Part shown: in pieces, positions 60,221-64,000 of the stretch
How the letters are laid out: every line of letters starts with the position of its first letter
Numbering within the stretch: position 1 is the first letter of the stretch
NCBI GenBank assembly: GCA_963813155.1
Contig: CAWEYG010000003.1
Coordinates: 928,001 to 992,000 of the forward strand
Length of the DNA stretch: 64,000 nucleotides
Source: an uncultured Acidobacteriota bacterium
Lineage (GTDB): Bacteria > Acidobacteriota > Thermoanaerobaculia > UBA5066 > DATFVB01
Direction: 5' to 3'
Position numbers and translations under genes: made by a program
Notes under the pieces: generated by a model
What the model was told of the DNA's origin: nothing
Seen by the model: only the letters and a program-made list of their open reading frames with translations
Databases searched by the model: none

Positions 60221-61546
60221 TCATCTCTGGCCGTGCGGCGGAGGCGGCTCCTTGTCCTTCTTGGGAGGCGGTTGCTTTCCCTTGCCGGGAGGAGGCCCTC
60301 CATGCGAGCCGCCCGCGGAGGAATGCCCGGCGTCGGCGCCGGAATGCGCCGCGTTCCCAGACGCGGCGCCGTGCTGCACCGGAGCGTCGCGAACGACCTC
60401 CCGCGGGGGAGGAGCCTGCGCCGCCTCGTGGTGCGGAGGCGGGGGCGGGGGCTCGTGATGCTGCAGCGCCTTGTGTTCCTGAGGCGCGGCCTTGTGTTCC
60501 TGCTGCACCGTCTCATGCTGCTGCACGGCCTTGTGCTCCGGCGGCGTCTTGTGTTCCTGCTGCACCGTCTCGTGCTGCTGCACGGCTTTGTGTTCCTGAG
60601 GTGCGGCTTTGTATTCCTGCGCGGTCTCATGTTGCCGAGGCGCCGTCTTGTGCTCCAGCGGCGCCGTCGCGTGTTGCTCGTGGACGGTCCGTTTCTCGGT
60701 CCCGGCGGGGTGCTGTTCGATCTTCGCTCCGCCCCCTGCCCGCGCTCCGCCGGCCGCGGCTCCCCCGTTCTTCGACACCGCGTGAAACTGCCGCGATCGA
60801 TCCGTCGCGGGGGCGATCACTCCGAGCCTGCTCCCCTTCTGCGCGCCCCCGGCCAAAATCGACGTCGGGCTGACTCGCGCCACGGACACGTTCTGATGCG
60901 GGATACGGGTGTGGGCCACCTGTTCGATCCGCTGGACCGACGGTCCGCGGTTCACGAGGAAACCGCCGGACACGCCGAAATTCGTCGTCCTTTGCCGGCT
61001 CTGCTGAAAGACTTCGGCGTTTCTCGTCCGGGGAATTCGGGCCGACGAAATCTCCACGCCGACGAACCGATTCGTCGGGACGAAGACGTAGTTCGTCTGC
61101 GAAACGACGATCGCGGACCCGGAGTACCCGGAATACGACATGTTGATCGAGGGAGGAATCGGCGCCCAGCCCACATAGCTGTCGCCGTAGCACCAGGTCA
61201 CCCAGGCGGGCGCCCAGACGGTCCCGGGAATCCAGACCCATCCGTAGCCAGACTCCCACACCCACGTTCCGTAGTGGTAGGGCATGCCTCCCCACCGATC
61301 GTGAGACACCCAGGTCCAGCCGTAGTCCGTGTAAGCCCATTCGCCGACGGTGTACGGCTGCCAGTCCGAAGAAACTTCGGATGGCCTCCAGCAGGTGCCG
61401 TAGGAAGGCACGTCGACCCAGGATCCGTACGGATCCAGATCGTTCTGGAACATGGAAATGCTCACCGAGACGCCCGCGTCGGCGCGAGCCGACAACAGCG
61501 CAACGACAGCCACCACGAGAATGGATCGAGTCAAAATGCTCTTCAT
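60221..61546 (-). CDS. secreted DUF6600-type protein with repetitive Q/H/E/K tail
   Basis: Signal peptide; LDPYGSW, WQPY..GEW, PYHYGTW, WAPAWV. Confidence 0.8.
   Translation of the reverse strand: MKSILTRSILVVAVVALLSARADAGVSVSISMFQNDLDPYGSWVDVPSYGTCWRPSEVSSDWQPYTVGEWAYTDYGWTWVSHDRWGGMPYHYGTWVWESGYGWVWIPGTVWAPAWVTWCYGDSYVGWAPIPPSINMSYSGYSGSAIVVSQTNYVFVPTNRFVGVEISSARIPRTRNAEVFQQSRQRTTNFGVSGGFLVNRGPSVQRIEQVAHTRIPHQNVSVARVSPTSILAGGAQKGSRLGVIAPATDRSRQFHAVSKNGGAAAGGARAGGGAKIEQHPAGTEKRTVHEQHATAPLEHKTAPRQHETAQEYKAAPQEHKAVQQHETVQQEHKTPPEHKAVQQHETVQQEHKAAPQEHKALQHHEPPPPPPHHEAAQAPPPREVVRDAPVQHGAASGNAAHSGADAGHSSAGGSHGGPPPGKGKQPPPKKDKEPPPPHGQR
60450..60685 (-). repeat. degenerate ~21-bp coding tandem repeat (QEHKAAP / QQHETV)
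   Basis: Repeating ttgtgttcctg and tgctgctgcac units. Confidence 0.75.
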
Positions 61547-61613
61547 GACAGTCCCTCGAGAAGGCTGGTCAGCAACAAGTGTGCCATGAGAGACGCCGCA
61601 GAACGAGAATCGC

Positions 61614-61642
61614 TTGACCTGCGTCCCCCGGTCGCATATCGT
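61614..61642 (+). promoter_or_regulatory. sigma70-type promoter of tRNA-Asp
   Basis: TTGACC-17 nt-TATCGT. Confidence 0.7.
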
Positions 61643-61655
61643 TCCCTTTCTTCGC

Positions 61656-61733
61656 GGGGCTGTAGTTCAGTTTGGTTAGAACGCCGGCCTGTCACGCCGG
61701 AGGTCGCGGGTTCGAACCCCGTCGGCCCCGCCA
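61656..61733 (+). tRNA. tRNA-Asp (GTC)
   Basis: GGGGCTGTAGTTCAG...CCGGC-CTGTCAC-GCCGG...GGTTCGAACCC...GCCA. Confidence 0.97.
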
Positions 61734-61884
61734 GTTCGACTCGCTACGCTTCGTGAATCGGCGCTTCGCGCCGACGAACTGGCGCATCTAATCTGGGGGA
61801 AGAATCCGCCAGACCCCCTCCCGATGTTGCGAGTTCTTTTCGGCGAGCGAGGAACTGCCGGGCGCCGCCACGGGCCGAGCGAAC

Positions 61885-63933
61885 TCAGGCGGCCCCGGTC
61901 TCGAGCTTCGTGAGCGCCTCGTCGGTCGCCAGCAGGATCAGCCGGTCGCCGCGCTGGAGCCGGTCCGTCGCCGAAGGAACGAACCGGCGTTCGAGCCCGT
62001 CGCGCCCGAGACGCTTGACCGCGAGGATCGTCACCCCGAACCGGCTCCGAAAATTCGCCTCGGACACGGTGCGCCCGTAGTACTCGGGCGGCACGTCGAT
62101 TTGCGACAACCGGTGCCGCTCGGGCAGCTCGAAGTAATCCACCTCGCGGCCGCCCTCGCCCCCGTGGCCGATCTTCGCGAACAGCCGGCTCTGCCGAAGG
62201 GCCTCGCGCTCGAAGGCCCCGAGCAGGTCGCGGCGCGTCACCATGCCCAGGAACTTTCTCTCCTTTTCCGAGGAAACGACCGGCAGCCAGCCGAGATCGC
62301 GGAGCCAGAGCTTTTCGTTGACCGACGAGAGCGGCTCCTCGGGCGTCACGAAGGGAATCTCGCGGACGAGGTCGCCCGCGATCACGAGATGCGAGAGCGC
62401 CGGGTCGGAGAGCTCCGGGTCGCCGAGAACATCCTTCAAATCGTGCAGGTCGATGACCCCCAGCAGGTTGCCTCCCGAGTCACCGACGAAGAGATAGAAG
62501 GCCCGCGTCTCCAAAAACGTTCGGACGATTTCCGGCAGCGGGACCGTCTGAGGGATCAGGTGAATGTCGGTTCGCATGATCTCCTTGACGCGCATGCTCG
62601 CGAGCGCTGTCGACTCCGGCGTCTCGCTCCACTCCACGCCCGATTCGCGGAGCTCCTCGACGTAGACCGATTCCTTCTCGAACACCTTCGCTCCGGAGAT
62701 GGCCAGGATCGAGACGATCATCATCGGGAGCACGACGTTTCCATCCTGCGTGAGCTCGAACATCATCACGATCGCGAGAAACGGCGCGCGGGTCGTGCCC
62801 GCCAGCATCCCCCCCATCCCGAGAAGCGCGTAGGCGGACACGGGCGCCGAGACGTGCGGGAAGAGCGTTTCCACGACGATCGCGACGGAACCGCCCAACG
62901 CCGCGCCGACCATCAACGCAGGCGTGAACACGCCGCCGACCCCTCCCGAGCCGATCGTGAGCGCCGTCGCCAGAATTTTGCACGCAAAAATCGCGACGAA
63001 GAACCAGAGGATGGGTTTCATCGCGAGGAGATGATTGGTCCCTTCGAAACCGTTCCCCCAGACCTCCGGAAAGGCGAAGGCGAGCCCTCCGACGCCGAGC
63101 CCGCCGAGAGCCATCCTCCACTCGTCCCGCCAGCCCAGCCGGAGAAACATCTTCTTCGAGAATCGAAGCGTTCTCATGAACAGGACCGAACCGAGCCCGG
63201 CCAGAAGCCCGACGGCAATGTACGGAACGGTCTCGCGCACGGACCCGATCTCGAAGGTCGGCATCCGGTACAGCGGCTCGTTCCCCAGGACGGCGCGGGT
63301 CAGCAGAGCCGACACGAAAGCGGAAACGATCGCGGGGCCGAACACCGCCATCGTGAACGACCCGATGACGAGCTCCACGACGAACAGCGTCGCGGAAAAC
63401 GGCGTGTTGTACGCGCCGGCGACGCCGGCGGCCATCCCGCACGCGACGAGCACGCGGGCCCGCTCCGGCGAGACCTGGACGGCGCGCGCCACGACGGAGG
63501 AAAACGCCGCGCCCATCTGGATGATCGGGCCCTCGCGCCCTTCCGAGCCTCCGGTCGAGATCACGAGAGCCGAAGAAGCCGTTCGCGCGAGCGATTGCCG
63601 AAATCGAACCGTGCGGCGGCCCACGGCCACGACCTCCATGATCTGCGCGATTCCCATGGTTCCCCCGGTCCGCACGAAGACGCGGGCGATGACGCCGCCG
63701 GCCAGGCCCCCAAGAGTCGGGATCAGGAGCCGGGCGAGGTAAGGAAGGGCCGCGGCTCCTCGGACGATGTCGGACGTGCCCGTGAGGCGCTCCGTGAGCG
63801 CCTGCGTGAACCAGCGAAACACAATCGCGCCGGCGGCCCCGAGGACTCCCACGAGGACCGCCAGCGCCAGAAACTGCGTGTTCGGATCCCGCCAGAAAAG
63901 CCGGGCGAAACGGATCCGGCTACTCGTCCCCAC
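61885..63933 (-). CDS. ClC family chloride channel/antiporter with CBS pair and TrkA-C domain
   Basis: GREGP, GVFTP, FELT, two CBS domains, GVTILAVKR...GDRL. Confidence 0.92.
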   Translation of the reverse strand: MGTSSRIRFARLFWRDPNTQFLALAVLVGVLGAAGAIVFRWFTQALTERLTGTSDIVRGAAALPYLARLLIPTLGGLAGGVIARVFVRTGGTMGIAQIMEVVAVGRRTVRFRQSLARTASSALVISTGGSEGREGPIIQMGAAFSSVVARAVQVSPERARVLVACGMAAGVAGAYNTPFSATLFVVELVIGSFTMAVFGPAIVSAFVSALLTRAVLGNEPLYRMPTFEIGSVRETVPYIAVGLLAGLGSVLFMRTLRFSKKMFLRLGWRDEWRMALGGLGVGGLAFAFPEVWGNGFEGTNHLLAMKPILWFFVAIFACKILATALTIGSGGVGGVFTPALMVGAALGGSVAIVVETLFPHVSAPVSAYALLGMGGMLAGTTRAPFLAIVMMFELTQDGNVVLPMMIVSILAISGAKVFEKESVYVEELRESGVEWSETPESTALASMRVKEIMRTDIHLIPQTVPLPEIVRTFLETRAFYLFVGDSGGNLLGVIDLHDLKDVLGDPELSDPALSHLVIAGDLVREIPFVTPEEPLSSVNEKLWLRDLGWLPVVSSEKERKFLGMVTRRDLLGAFEREALRQSRLFAKIGHGGEGGREVDYFELPERHRLSQIDVPPEYYGRTVSEANFRSRFGVTILAVKRLGRDGLERRFVPSATDRLQRGDRLILLATDEALTKLETGAA

Positions 63934-64000
63934 TCTCCTCCTCCTCCTCGTCTTCCCCGGCGAAGAAGTAGGTATCTCCGCATCGCTGGCCGCAGAAGTC
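63920..64000 (-). CDS. 3' end of a small Cys-containing acidic protein (partial)
   Basis: DFCGQRCGDTYFFAGEDEEEEESGDE*; overlaps the ClC start. Confidence 0.4.
   Translation of the reverse strand, partial: DFCGQRCGDTYFFAGEDEEEEESGDE

Noticed and set aside
60450-60685. Possible CRISPR or non-coding repeat array
   Set aside because: Repeats are in-frame degenerate coding heptads with no unique spacers and no cas genes

Overview
High-GC bacterial DNA; gene content suggests an Acidobacteriota-like organism (inference only). It holds about 63 CDS and 3 tRNAs (Phe-GAA, Val-TAC, Asp-GTC), with no rRNA, CRISPR, integrase or transposase seen. About 15 single-base frameshifts, one of them in essential metG, are best read as long-read assembly errors. 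The flanks (0-7.5 kb, 35-64 kb) are mostly housekeeping. The centre (about 7.6-34.6 kb) is a redox/respiration island with four parts. (1) A tightly coupled minus-strand operon (9.7-17.9 kb): cupredoxin, Cyc2-type cytochrome-porin, GltD/NfnB-like NAD(P)-flavoprotein with a ferredoxin domain, Rieske protein, split cytochrome b6-like b plus subunit IV, octaheme cytochrome c and a lipoprotein cytochrome c. This is a candidate single-operon wire linking an extracellular redox partner such as Fe(II) to quinone and NAD(P)H. (2) An MtrC/MtrA/MtrB-like porin-cytochrome conduit facing a NapC/NirT-type tetraheme. (3) A hypoxia/stress-like gene set (USP, CBS x2, BON, cupin, radical SAM, VIT1). (4) Two paralogous Cys-motif PAS-LuxR regulators, and a recurring 16-bp palindrome TGATG-N6-CATCA upstream of island genes. 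All assignments come from reading motifs by eye; no database search was run.
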